DNA from: Setoptus koraiensis
Lineage: Eukaryota > Animalia > Arthropoda
NCBI GenBank assembly: GCA_048013815.1
Contig: CM106585.1
Span: forward strand, 10,354,001 to 10,418,000
Reading direction: 5' to 3'
Length of the DNA stretch: 64,000 nucleotides
Made by a program: the position numbers and the translations under genes. Under the pieces are notes generated by a model. The model saw only the letters and a program-made list of their open reading frames with translations. It did not search any database and had not been told where the DNA came from. Shown one piece after another: positions 1-13,592 of this stretch. Each line of letters begins with the position of its first letter. Position 1 is the first letter of the stretch.

Positions 1-698
1 GCCGGCAAGCGAGCTTGCATGTTTTGGCAAGCGAAATTGCGCAATCGCCGCAATGTTGTTGTCGATACGGCCCGCCAATCGATTGGGCTGGCTGGCAAGC
101 TCACCGGCCCGACCAAACGGCATCCAAACGCCGACCAAGCGGCAACCAAATGGTAGCCGGAAGCGCCAGAGCGCCACATGAGGTGACAATCGACCATTAA
201 TCAGTTGTTGGTTTGGCCGCTGTGCCACACAGCTATTCGCTATAAGAGATCAGTATGTATTAGGTATTGAATGAATAAAGACCTATAGAAAAAGTATACG
301 AAAAGGCTTTGCCTAACAAGCACGCTGACTGTCGGGCAACAATGAGCGCGAGGCACGTACTTTTGAACGAGCCAACAATGCTCGCTTGCCATTATCAATT
401 TGCAGCTAGCGAGCGACGAAACAACTAATTACAAACCCTTTACCCTGTCTGTCGTTGTTTGATGAGAGCGAGCGAGTTGAGTTTTAGATACGATAGAATA
501 AACATATAAGTAATATAAGAATACAACAGAGCGAGAGAGAGATTTTTCATTATTATCATTATTTTTTTAAGAGAAAATTAATATCGAAATTAGAATTAAA
601 AACGAAATTACCGTCATTGCGTTTAGTGTGTGTGTGTGTGTGTTGGCAGTGTGTATATTTAGACGCCGACACAATTAAAGATAATGTTGTTTGCCTAG

Positions 699-765
699 TG
701 GAACGAGAGAGCCGCCAGCCTGACAGACGACGATCAGTGTGGGAAGGACAAGCCGACGAGCTCAG
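699..765 (+). other. Candidate non-coding 5' exon
   Basis: Acceptor TGTTGTTTGCCTAG| and donor CTCAG|GTGAGC; motif-only evidence. Confidence 0.35.
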
Positions 766-1608
766 GTGAGCTGAGTCACTTGAGTTTTGCTGATAGTTTG
801 CCCGAAACAGCGGCTATTAGTGTTAGCGAGCAGTAGTCTATCACTGACAAGTGAACGCATGAATTCAATTATGCCTATTAGACATTTGTTCGGTTTGTTA
901 CGTAACAATTGTTGCACCAGTCGCAGCTAGTCAACTAATTTTAGATATCAGATATTAGTCAGATATTAGTTATTAGATATTAGATGTTGGATAGTGGATA
1001 GTGGAGTGAATGTGAGGCTGACAATTGGAATGCAAGAGTGAACGCAAGAGCGAGAGTGGCTCACAACAAGTTGTTGTTCTTGATCGCGCGTCGATTGATC
1101 GCGCCACTCACCTGTTGTGACTCACAACTTGTGAGAGAGAGACAATTCACAATTGAACGAATTGGACAGGTAAACCAGGTATTTGTTGGCCTTTATCTAG
1201 ATGTAACGACTCGTCGTGGAACAATATCAACAAGCAATTAAAAACAATGCTTATCAGTAGCGATAGGTGGTGCTGCTTATAAATAACAACCATGATAATA
1301 GTAATCATGAAAATAATAATAAAGAGTCAATCAACAAACAATTGATTTACATGCGAACTGCACCAAGCGCTCGGCTGCCGCTCAACATTTCGCCCCATTG
1401 CCCCATGCCTTTTGGGCACTTTTGGGCTGTTGACACTGTGGGTTTTTTTGCGCTCTCGGGCCCCTTGCGCTCTCTGAGTGACCGATGTGCGGCAGATGTG
1501 CGTTATCTGCAGGCTCAGTGAGTTAGGTTGTCGCTAGATGTCGCTTCTTTTCACTCGGGTACCACTCGGGTTTCACTCGGGTGGGCCACACCCAGGCGCC
1601 CAGAGGGG

Positions 1609-1678
1609 CGGTCGCTCGTACGGGTCGCTCGTACGGGTCGCTCGTACGGGTCGCTCGCACGGGTCGCTCGTATGGGTC
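1609..1678. repeat. 13-bp minisatellite (GGGTCGCTCGTAC) x5
   Basis: Five tandem units plus a solo copy at 1759-1771. Confidence 0.95.
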
Positions 1679-1988
1679 TGTTTTATAATGTACCAACTTC
1701 ATCTGTACTTTATGATTCTTTTATTCGGTGAGACCCAAGTTCGATGAGTGAGTCAACAGGGTCGCTCGTATGGGCCGCGCGCAGGGGGCGGTGCGGCCGC
1801 GCGGGCAGTAATGAGCGGCTGGCAACTACTAATTAGTAATTAACATTTTAGTTTGTTGGTGCTTGATCGCTCGATTAGATTATGATGATTGGATTCCATT
1901 AGATCTCAATAGAACATTGCGAGTTGATTGGATTTTAATTTTTTGTGTAATGTGCTGCTTGCACTGTGTTTTGTTGTAGCCGTTTCAG

Positions 1989-2502
1989 AGTGCTCACACC
2001 GTACTCAAACAACAACAACAACAACAACAAAACACAAGATTGATTTGAATTCGTCTCTATTTAATTGCGTCGCCGTCGTTGTTGTTGGCGTTGTTGCTGT
2101 TGTTGGCGTTGTTGCTGTTGTTGGCGTTGTTGCTGTTGTTGTTGGCGCTGTTGTTGGCTGGCTGCTGTGCCAGCCAGCAACAAACAAAACGAGCGCCGAT
2201 TACAGCACACAGCGAACAACAGAAACAAGAACATTCGGTAATAATTATGTTGATTTGAATTGATTATTATTGCTGCTGCTGCTGCTTGCCAAATCGTCCG
2301 TGCCAAATCGACAACGACACCAACAACAGCAGCGCCAACAACCACAGCGACAGCTTCTAATTGAAGATGATGCTTCGAAATGCGAATGCAAAATTGTCTG
2401 CTCTTTGTTGCGTCTGGCACACAAAATGATCTTGTTTGTCCGTGCGTTTGTTGGCTCGGATCAAGCGTCGAATCGGTTCGAAATTCGAACAGAATCGAAC
2501 AG
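1989..2502 (+). other. Candidate non-coding 5' exon (alternative acceptor at 1980)
   Basis: U-rich acceptor TGTGTTTTGTTGTAG|CCGTTTCAG| and exact donor CAG|GTAAGT at 2503. Confidence 0.4.
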
Positions 2503-3247
2503 GTAAGTTAAGTGGGAGGAATTGGTAATTAAAGTAGCACAGTAGTTACATGCCAAGCGCACACAACGAATTAAATCTCTTAATTACGCCGGCAACATCG
2601 AAACAACTCATTAGAGCACCTGTCCGTCCTTGTCGAGCGGCGATGTGCGCGCCGTTCCGTCGGGCCGCGGTCTGCGAGCTGTTCCGGCGAGCCGCCGCTG
2701 TCTGTTCGCAGCAATCAAGTGGCTCAGCGAATCAAAAGAAGCTTCTTTTGTTTTGTTTTGGTTCGTCTCGCGTTTTGTCTCGTCTTTGTTGCCTGTGCAG
2801 TGTGTTGCTGTTGGCAACAATCGCGGCAAGTTCGCGCACGTTAGCACCTCACCTGTGCGCCTCGTCGACACCGTGAATACAATTTGGGCTAGCCTTACAT
2901 ATGCGATCGCACCAATCATACAAATCAAGGTCTCGCGAATCGCACTCGACAGACACTTGTTCGTGCGCGTATCATTCAATTGTGTGTCGCATTGTGACTC
3001 GCCGACAGTGTCGAGCGTTGCAGCAAAAATCAATAATTGATCACTTCATCCGGCTTGCTTGAGTCGCAGTGAGGATATAGTAAGGAGTGTGTTTTAGTAA
3101 GGAGTGTGTGCATTACGTAACAATCTGTGTCGAATTGGCGCGCTGTTGTGTGTGTGTGTGTGTGTGTCACAGGTGAAGACAGCGACCACGACGACGACGG
3201 CCCATTCACAATTGTCAGTTTAAACAGGTAAATGCATAATTGCTGGC

Positions 3248-3333
3248 GATGCGATTATTGTTGCCTGATGCGATTGTTGTTGTCTGGTGCGATTGTTGTT
3301 GTCTGATGCGATTACTGTCACTATCTGATGCGA
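3248..3333. repeat. 19-bp minisatellite (GATGCGATTGTTGTTGTCT) x3-4
   Basis: Direct inspection. Confidence 0.85.
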
Positions 3334-6300
3334 AGCCCCATATGTGCTGACAATGTGAGTCCCGCATCAGCCGAGTTGGGCGCCACCTGTCGTTGGCGGT
3401 GAACACACATGCGAGAGCGGTAATTAAGTTTGCTCGCTGTGTGCCCCTCAACCAATATAGTTGCTGTCAATATCCAGTTGATCAGTTAAGTGATTTGCGC
3501 AAAGAGGGCGCCCGCGTCGATTCATTTTAGCCCGTCACAAAACGCATTGCATCATCACATGATGTGAACAACACACACACACACACCATGATGATGCAAT
3601 CCACATTAATTAATAAGCTTGCGCAATATACCCACACACACGCACACACACACACATAGTGCACAAACACACTAATGGTCAGTATTTGTGCAACTATTAT
3701 GCAACTACAACCACAACAATAAACAACGCTGGCCAGTTATAAGTTGTGAGTTGCGAGCTGCGAGCTGCGAGCGGTCATAAGTGGGCCACGAGACGCGCAC
3801 CAACGGAGATAAAGAGTGCGTGTCGCCATTATCAAATTGAGTCACTGTCACTGTTGTGCGTGTGTCCATTGTTTGCATTGTCAACCACTTGTCATCGGTC
3901 ATTCTATCTACATTTGCCCGATCGGCCCTCGCCGGCCGCCCGACTGCCCAGCTGCCCAACTGACCGGCCCGCTGACCGGCTCGCTGGTGGGTCGGGCACG
4001 GGCCAAAATTGGGTTGGTGTGCGCGAAATAAGTTATATATCATGCACTTGCGCCCCGCCCCCCCCCCTCATCAACACTGCGCAAGTGCGTGTGTGTGCCG
4101 AGGGGGCGCAATTGTTGCGGCTGCATGAGGCCGGCGGGATATAACATGTCGGCACGGCACAGCGAACCGGCCCGACACAGTTAGTTTGCACGGGCGGGCG
4201 TGCCTTTTGCGGCCTTCTAATTGTGTTTGCCTACTTTTGTGTGCTCTATTGGCCATCATCATCGTTGCTGTCTAACGGTTAAATAACGCGCTACAATGTC
4301 GCACCACAAGATGCATGTATAAGTAATGCACAATGAGTATATGTGAGAGTGTCTCAGGTCGCAAATGTCGCTAGGTCGCGCTGCCTTGATTGCGATTGTG
4401 CTGTTCCGTGTGCGCCCCTGTGACAACTGCTGTTGGCACAACTACTTGCGAGCTCCATTTCAGCATGCCGTCTCAGCAAGATGTCACTACATCGCCTGTC
4501 CGAAACTGTGCGCAAATTGCTGGTGACGGCACATGTGCTGCTCTTTGTGAGCCGAGGCACTTTGAGCGGCGCACAAAGAATCGGGGGTCGCGCTTCGATC
4601 ATTGTGTGTAATAGCGGCGCCAATTGGCCCCAAAATGCAGTTGTTTGCCAATGTTGTTGCCCAATGAACAGATAACAAATGATGACCAAACAAGCTAAAC
4701 ATTGGGCATTAATTTGTTTAATTGCTTAGCGACTGTTGGCCGCTTTTGGTTGTTGTGGGGCCCACTCGACGACGGCCATTGGCCGCTAGTTGCAAGCGAC
4801 ACACAAACAAACGTTCAGTTGGCCAGTTAGTCGAATTAGCGTTGAGTTGAGCCGCTTTTGGTCAGTGGTCGGGCTGGCAGCGAGCAAATTGTGCGCAACT
4901 TGTGCCACTTTGCAACAAACGAGCCCCATTGCCAGTGCTAATAAAGCATCAATGAGCGCGACATTATTATCAATCGGCCCCACTAATGACCACCTGACCG
5001 CACAACTTGTTATCTAATCTATCGATGCCGTTGCTCGCTGCCATGCACGTCACTCGAGACAGTCGAGTTGGCCCAGTTGGCCGAGCTGGCCGAGTTGGTG
5101 ACCTAACATATATTTTCAACAGCGTGTTTGTTTGTGTGTCGTGAGGTCGTTTTGTTTTCCTCGAGCCAATCAAACGGGACTGCGCACAAACTTGACGACC
5201 CATCACATCAAATATCGCACAATTATATCGATGGACACGCCAGACTCAATCGAGGATCAGCCAGACAGTTGCCAGTTAAACCGAGCCGACATCTCGCCGA
5301 GTCTCTTCATTACGTGCTGCCCTGGAGCTGGCACAAATTAGCCCAGTTGAATTAATTAAATCTATTATCTAATACATCAAATCGAGCTATCAAATGTCCA
5401 GCGTGCTCTCGCATGCGGCCAGATAAGCGAGATAATACAACACGAGATGATACAACCATAACTCGACCACAATATTTGTCTCAATATACAATTCTAGCGA
5501 GTGCAATTCTCATGTTTGATTGTCTTCGTTATCGATGCTTGTCGGCCGACCGATCATCAATTGAATGGTGCTGCCGATGCTTGAGTCAATTAGCTGCTCA
5601 CTGCAATGTAGCGACTTCATCTATGATTTTGCCATGAAATCGCCCCTTTTTCGGACCTTATATGAAATTCGATGAAAATCTGCAATTATGAAAAAAGGGG
5701 GTTTAATTTCGTTCATCGCTGGCTATAAATGGTCGTAATGATCAGTATAGAAAAGAGTTTTCAGGGTTTCGCCATGCACAGAAATAGTTCCATTTCAGAT
5801 CCGTTCGCGCTACCCTGGTGATGACAAAACTCGGAAAGTCCGATTTTGGTCTAAACCCAATCGAATGTATTTCGGTTCTACCGAGAGCACATCCTTTGTC
5901 TGTCATAAGAGGCACCAGCGCTATATTATATTGTGATTTGGAATATATTTGTGTATTTCGGGCAAGTGGCAACTGGACGCTGACGAAGAGCGCCAATTCA
6001 TTGATTTTAGGACATTCATGGATAGACCAAAACCGAAAACTGAATGGACCGAAATGTAAACTCTCAACGCTAGTGATCGGGTCGATGCGAGAGTTTCGAA
6101 TGATGCGAACAACCGATTTCGAGCCGCGAAAAGGGAAAAATTTTTAAAATTAAACGCTCGGATCGGGCGATATAAAAGCGATTTTGTCGTTTGATTTGAA
6201 CACCGGTTTTGCTCTGTCAGCTTGCACTATAACCAAGTGTGTGTTACGAGCGACTTCCGGTCAATTATTGGCCGCCAGGTTAGCCGCACAAGGATGTCCC

Positions 6301-6730
6301 GTTAAAAAGCATGACGGTGTGTGTTGAAAAGTGGCCAGGTTTAGTCTCGTTGGCGTGTGGCGGCCGCAACTTTGTGGGGCACTTCTCTTAATTACACTTT
6401 TGAGTGTGTTTGTGTGCACTATATGTGCCATATATATATATGTGCTCGCCATATACGCGCCATATGATGATATATGTGCACGCGCAACAGCAACAACAGC
6501 AACCGTTATATCGGACTATTACGTCATCACTGTCTGTCACTGGAACAGTAACGAGTATACTGTATTACAGTGTTGTTACGGCCGGCGATCAATAACTGTG
6601 CGCGCTCGCTTATCATCGTTGGCTCGTCTGCTCATGCATGCCTAATTTGGGGGCCCGATGGCGCTACAATTTTCAATATATTTGCCTGCACGCCAGCGAC
6701 TTATATTGTGGCGCGCGGCCATGATGATGC

Positions 6731-6782
6731 AAGCGCCCATTGGAGGCGCCCATTGGAAGCGCCCACTGGAAGCGTCCAATTC
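6731..6782. repeat. 13-bp minisatellite (AAGCGCCCATTGG) x4
   Basis: Direct inspection. Confidence 0.85.
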
Positions 6783-7933
6783 GAAGCCGCAAATTGTGGC
6801 GAAGCATCATCAATTAGTTGCCTGGTGGCCACTGTGTGCCGGCGCGTTCATCGGGCGCGTATCCGACGTTGTGAGCAAACACTCTCAAGTGGCGAGTTTC
6901 AAAATGAATTAAATTTTACATGCGCGCAGCCATAACAAGCGGGCCCCAGTTTCTTCTTGTTGTATATTGCACTATTATTATATCTGCCACACACACATAT
7001 ATGTCTACCGCGCATATATATATATATATATATATATCTGCCACATATAGAGGCACGGCCGGCGTTATCATGTTATGCCGGCGCGCGCACTACGTAAGCA
7101 CGGCTCAATCTGCGGGCCCCGAAATTGGCCCCAGCGTTCGCTTTTAATTGAGTGGCTCACACGCGCAAATACAGCCCCGCCAGCGCGTACATAAGTGTGG
7201 ATAAGCACAGATGATGATTATTGAGTCAGAATGGTAATAATCTGCTCAATTTTAATTCAATTCTCTCTCTCTCCCTCTCTCTGTGCACTCGGCCATCGGC
7301 ACACTTGCTGCGCACTTGCTCCGCGCGGGCCCCAAACCATCACGACGGGGCCGAGTTGAAGCACCCTCGAGAGGGCCGATCGTTGTTCGAGTCGCCCGAG
7401 TCGCCCGAGCCGCTCGAGCCGCTCGAGTCGCTCGAGTCGCCCGAGTTGCGCCAGTTATGCCCGTTATTCCGGCCGGTTGTCCGACCGGCCGGTTTTGTGC
7501 CAGTTGTCCGACAACTGGGCAAACAAGTGCTGACAAACAAGACCGAGAACGAGCGTCGAAATTGTGGCCAATATTGATTCCCAATTGTGCCCATACGACG
7601 ACCCATTATCGAGCACCGTCGTCGGTCTGGCAATAATCAACGGCGCCACTCCGAACAAAAGCCACGCCAGCCTGGCCGGCATATTAGGCACAATTGGTGG
7701 CCAATTGGTGACATTTACAATTGTCAGCCAATTGGCCGGGCCAACAATATTCGCACTAATATGTTTGGCTGTCAATTTGTTGTCTTGGTGGCCGCGACGC
7801 GGCCGCCTCGCCAACTAACTTCCTCTAGCCGGCCTCGAAGCCGACCAACTAAAACCGGAACTAATCAAAATGGCGCGCGCTACTCTAATTAGGTGGCCAG
7901 CGCACAAAAACTCACTGACCACCGGACCGACCA

Positions 7934-7973
7934 CACGCTAGGTGGCCAAATTTTTATTTGGCCACCTAGCGTG
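7934..7973. repeat. Perfect 18-bp inverted repeat with 4-nt loop
   Basis: CACGCTAGGTGGCCAAAT-TTTT-ATTTGGCCACCTAGCGTG. Confidence 0.95.
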
Positions 7974-10047
7974 AAAATTAATTGATTATTAATGATGTAA
8001 CATGTCCTGCTGAATTTTGGGCCGGTATCCGACAAGCGGAAGCTTGTCTAGCTTGCCGCCAGTGGCCAGCGAGCGCGTGTACGTGTGCGACTCTGGCGTC
8101 CCCTTTATTGAGCAGCTGTTACGCAACTGGCGCGCTGGCGTGCGATACCGATGTTGTCTCTGTTGTTGTTGGTGGCGCCGCTGTGGTTGTTGCTGTTGCC
8201 GTTGTTGTTGCTGCTGCTGTCGTGGTTGTTGCTGCTGCGGTTGCTGTGGTTGTGGTTGTTGCCGCAGTGGTTGTGGTTGTTGTCGTTGTGGTTACGCTCA
8301 ATCATGCCTGAGTTGCTGGCGATTGCGCAACCGACGGCCAGAGTTGATTGATTTCGCGCCTCTACGTGCACGCTGGCGAGTGGCAACTTATTAGGACGTG
8401 CCCGCTTTCGGTCTGCTGTGTGCAGTTTAATCATCGGATATACACGCAGTTGGATTGGTACGGCGCTCGCAGAGAAGCAAGTGGCAGCTAAATTAAAAGT
8501 GGGCCCACCGCTAATCATATGTAATTATTCTCGGTGCAATTTGGTTGGTCGGCGCAGCGCTCGACCAATCAATTGAAACTGATTTTAAATGGCCGCCTAT
8601 TTTGGCGCCAAAAATCACGGCGCTATGCGGACACAACATAATAATAATAATGTCCGCGCGACTATTATTATTATGTAATACAATTACTACTCTCTGTGCT
8701 CTCAGGCTGCCTGGATGGGCAAACAACGGCCACGCAAAACAGCTGTTGACCGAACAGCCAGCGACAACAGCAGCGGCAGCGGTGACGTAAGATGATAATT
8801 AAATGGGGATATTGGGGCGACTGGTGGCCGAAAACCAATCAGTTTTTTGTTGCCAGTCCAACATGTGACAGGTTGTCGCCGTTGTGTGATTGCTGCTGCT
8901 CTGTTGGTGCCGCGCGTTCTCATTAATTCTTTCTCAGTGGGCTTAGTCGCCCTGTTGCCCAAATAACGGAGAACGGATAACGGAGAAATGATTGCGCAAT
9001 AGAGCAAGCAAGAGGGCCGGTACAGGCCGATAGAGGGCATGCACACATGTATCACGTATGTATATCATCATCATAGGTATTAATTATGCCCGTGTACACT
9101 AATGGCGATTGCAATATCGACCGAAAGGCGGCGCCACAAATCAGCCAGTGAGCGCACGTTTGGTCAAGCCGACACCAGCGGCGCAGTCTCGTGACGGCCT
9201 CTAGCGACTAGCGCCCGCAGTAGTGATTCAAATATCCAGTCAGTTATGAAGTGACTGTGCAATGATGCAAAACCACTACGTGTAAATGGGCAGCAAATTG
9301 GGTAGACGAAAGCCGCAATGCATTCATATGAGATGACGGTGGTCGCAAGTGGACAGCAGTATCAGTTGTGTTTTGTATTGTTTTTGCATTGTGGGTACCT
9401 AGCGATCGCGACCACCAATCGTCGAGTGAGCCTCTAGTGAGCGTTGTGATAAGTTACGAACAGCGGATTGAGAGAGTTCATTTCAGCAGTTTCACTTGCC
9501 ATTGCGGCAGCGCAACAAGAATTTGTGAATTTGTGAATTTGTGTGACAGCAGCACTTGTGGCCATCGATCCCTCGAAACCAGCAAAAGCAAGCGACCAGC
9601 CAGCAAAAATCTATTACCTAATTAACTGGTTGATAGATCAATCAACAAAAGAGTCAATCCTGCCCAATCAACGTGTCAACGTTTACGCACTCACAATTCG
9701 TGTGATACGAATGAGCTAATGCAAGAAATAGCCATACCGACACCAGACACTGCTGCGTAATCAAAGAAACTAATCAAGTTAATTAATTAAGTCGAGTCAT
9801 GCGCGCCAAAACGCTTGTTTTTCCCTTGTTTGCGCGCAACATCAAAATACACAAAATCAAGCAAATAACTGGCTCCCTCGAGCTGCGCCAAAGCCAGCAA
9901 TAGCCGGCCGACAATAAGCTGTCTAGAAATTGTAAATTTTTACACTTTTTGCGCCACCAAAAATAAGATAAATGATCGAATAAGTGAATAATTACAAATA
10001 TTTGCAAACTAATCAAAATCAAATCAATCTGTTCTGTTCGTGTACAG

Positions 10048-10170
10048 CGTATCCAGGGCACGTCCACGCCGGCCCAGAAAATTTGCGACAAAACAGTTGA
10101 CAGTTGAATAAATCCAACAACAAGCCGACATCCAGTGACAGATCAGCATCATCGGACGAAGCCAGCACAG
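10048..10170 (+). other. Candidate non-coding 5' exon (123 nt)
   Basis: Acceptor TCTGTTCTGTTCGTGTACAG|, donor CACAG|GTGAGT; stops in all three frames and no ATG. Confidence 0.45.
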
Positions 10171-10934
10171 GTGAGTTTACTGAACTGCTGTTGAAGAGGG
10201 CACTCGACAGTTGTGGAAAAGAGGCCCCAGTAGTGAGGCACTAGCAGTGAGAGAATATCAATTAATGTCAGCTAATGAATGGGCCCAAGATTGACTGATG
10301 AAACTTTTTAAAAAACTTTATCGCTTCATTTGTCGGCGAGATGGGCCGCGCCGGCTGGCCGAGAAATCGAGTTGCGAGTTGCGGCCAGTAGATCAAACGT
10401 AGATTGTTTGTGTCTTGCTGGTGAGGCCCATTATTGAATGGGCCAGCATAATGGGCAAATGAGAGTTTCTCAGAGATTGTCACCATTGCTATGACGGGCG
10501 CTTGGAGCCCGATGAGTGAATTGCGTGCCGATTGTCCGATTGTGTTTGCTGGCGGTACGGCCAATACGTTCAAGTTGTAACGGCGACCGCCGGCCAGCCA
10601 AGTGCGGCTTTTTCCACGTTTGCCCAGCATCCCGATGGCCCCGTTATCCGGCCGCTGGCGGCCCGTGTTCACTTGCGATCAGGTCGCGCGTTGGCCTCAC
10701 GAGCCGATTGCGGCGGCCAACTGGCGGCCAAACTGGCGGCCCCGTCACAACGGAACAGCGGCGCAGGTATTGTGCGCGCATTTATCCGCCGTTATCTCAT
10801 TACACTAATCTGCTTCGGTGGTCGGTGCCGATAATGGGGGGCCCGTGCGCAGTCGGGGGATTTTTCGCGCTAGCGCCGGGCACGGGGCGCGCGAGCCGAA
10901 ATCGGGGGCCAGTCGGCCAATATCGGCCAATATC

Positions 10935-10991
10935 GGGCGAATTGGGCAAATTGGGCAAATTGGGCAAATTGGGCAAATGGGGCGATTCGGG
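10935..10991 (+). repeat. 9-bp repeat (GGGCAAATT)n with seven G-tracts
   Basis: GGG tracts at 10935, 10944, 10953, 10962, 10971, 10979, 10989. Confidence 0.9.
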
Positions 10992-12047
10992 CGAATCGGC
11001 GATCCGGGGCGCCGAGGGAGAGCAGGCGAAGCATGGCGGATCTGCATCCACGCCCTAATTAACAACAACAGTAACAGATGATGCCGCAAGCTGCCATGAT
11101 GAGGCCCGCGCTGCCCGTTAATGGGGCAAGAATAAAGTGAGGCAGCGGGCGAAATTGCAATCATTTGCGCGCTTTTATTTTATCTGTCGGGCGCGCGCTT
11201 GTGTCTATATCTCCGTTATTATGATTATGATCGGCCGACTAACTAACTGGGCGCAGCGCGGCGCGGCGACAACGGCCGGCCCGGCCATCGACAATTCAAT
11301 GACCACTTCACCGCTCGTCGAGTTGGGGCCCGGCCGCTGCGAGTTGGAGTCGAACGCGCCGATTCGGCGACGCGTCGACAGCGCCAATTCGGCTCGACCC
11401 AATCGAATTGGAGCCGCCAGTGGAGCCGTTGTCGCCCCCCCCTCCTCTCATTGGATGTTCATTGTTGTTGGCGCGCATTGCATCAAGAAGCAGGCGCGGC
11501 GCCGTTGCGTCATCCGACAGGCCGCGCGAACACGGGCAATGCCGCAACATAACGGTAACGGCGACGGCGGTCAGTTTGGTGAGTGCGGCCAGTTCGGTCA
11601 GTTCGGTCAGTTTGGTTTGGCTCAACTGGCGCTCGCGCTCGGTTTGTTTGTATGTGTTGTCGACACACACACACACAGTGCTGGTCTAATCTCTAATTGC
11701 GCAACTGGGCGCATATTCGCTGATTAGTAGTGATGGTCACTTGCAGCGCCACCAGCTATTATTACTATTATCATCGCGCTGGCCGTTGTTGTTGTCTGCT
11801 GTTTGTTGTCTGGCGTCTGCTGCTGTCTAATTGCAACCGCCGTCGTTGTCGCTGTTGCTGTTGTTGCCGCTGTTGTTGTTGTTGTTGCCGTTGTTGTTGC
11901 CGTTGTTGTTGCTGTTGTTGTTGTCCACTACATCAGCTGACACACCAGCGCACACAAAGCGCAAACGCGCAGCACCGACTTGCCAGCGAAACCATTGTGC
12001 ACGGTGCTTCTCCTTTAATTGCGTCATCAGTTCACCACTCTCTCCTT

Positions 12048-12140
12048 CTGTCCGCCTCTGCCCGTTTGTCCGCCCGTCTGTCCGCCTCTGCCCGTCTGTC
12101 CGCCCGTCTGTCCGCCTCTGCCCGTTTGTCCGTCCGTCCG
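12048..12140. repeat. 30-bp tandem repeat x3 (TCCGCCTCTGCCCGTYTGTCCGCCCGTCTG)
   Basis: Direct inspection. Confidence 0.9.
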
Positions 12141-13544
12141 TTCGCGGGCCCGTTCGTGTGCTCGTGTGCGCCGTCCGTCTGTCCGTGTGCGCCGTATACG
12201 CGCGCCCCACGTTAACGTATAACGTTATATAACAAACAGACAGAGTTACAAAACAGAGCAAGTTGCACAACAGAGAGTGCGAGTTATGTAAGACTTGCGT
12301 CCAGCGACTTGCAGCGCGGCACAGCGCAGTGCGCGCTGCACACAAGACACGCTTGCTGGCACAAAGTAATGGCGACAACAACCGATGCGACGACAACGCG
12401 AATGGGCCGATGACCATAGTAAATTACAATTAAACATTATTAATGTTGATCATGATCATCATGCCGTCATCTGATGTGGGGCCCCAGTGTCCAGGGTTTG
12501 CGCGCGCGCGGCGCGTGCACAGTGCGCGCACTGTGCGCAGTGCCGAGCCCGTGATCGCGGCAACTGTGAGCGGCCCGGTGCAGCAAACAAGCACGACAAG
12601 TGCGCCATTGTTGGCACGCACCCTTGCACCGAACGGCTTTGAATTGAATATATATAATAATATATATAATTTGGTGGGCCGTCATTTTTCATTAATTTCT
12701 GGTGCGCGGCGCGGCGAGGCCCGGCCGCTGGCGCTCGTGCGCCCACGGGCCCGTTCGTTTGCGCGTGCCCCACTGCAACCACTGTGCTATGGCACAGTGG
12801 TGCAATCGGTGGTGCGGCACAGCGCGCCGGCCACCGATTGTTAGGCCGCTGAGAGGGGCGCTTATTGCGCAACTTATTGCGCTCGGGCCAGGCGGGCATC
12901 GTTGTCGTCGCCGACTCATTAGTTCATCAGTGCATGTTGTTCCTCCTTTATTAGTTCATTAGTGGGCTTCTTTGTGCGCGCGTTATCGCAGTTACGACTG
13001 GCGCGCGCACTGGCGAGAGAGGGAGAGAGCACGATCACTCTGCAGCTCAATGGCCACAACAACAGCAACAACAGCAGCGCCAACAACAACGACAGCAACG
13101 ACAACAACGGCAACAACAACAACAACAGCGGCAACAACAGGGACAACAACAGCACAGCTGAGCTAACAATGAGCGAGCGCAAGAGCGAGCAGGCGAGAGG
13201 GAGGCAGCGCGCGATAGCGAGAGCGCGAACGGCGCTAGGCGCACTCACACAACGAGGCCGCCGCTGATTAATGAAAAGCAAATTAATTGCTTTTTTGCCC
13301 GCCTTCGCCCTGCCCGTCGCTCACCGGCGGCCGCGGCCGCCGCGGCGCCCCCTCCCCTGGCCGAGCCAACACTGTTGTGCAAGCGGAATGGGAGCGCGCA
13401 TTTGGCGCCATTTCTTGATTTGCTGGGTCGGCGGCGGCGGCCGCGGCGGCCGGCGAACAAACAGGCCGCCACGGGCGAAACGAGCCCGATCAGCATGATG
13501 ATGTTGATGATGAAGCGCTTACCTTTGTGCCGCTTGTTTGTGTA

Positions 13545-13592
13545 CGGCTCGTGCGCGGCTCGTGCGCGGCTCGTACGCGGCTCGTACGCGGC
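13545..13592. repeat. 11-bp minisatellite (CGGCTCGTRCG) x4
   Basis: Direct inspection. Confidence 0.9.

Noticed and set aside
1106-1114. Minus-strand donor-like strings (also ~32624, ~48655) as an antisense gene
   Set aside because: No paired acceptors or coding signal; overlap with common CACCTG E-box or chance matches
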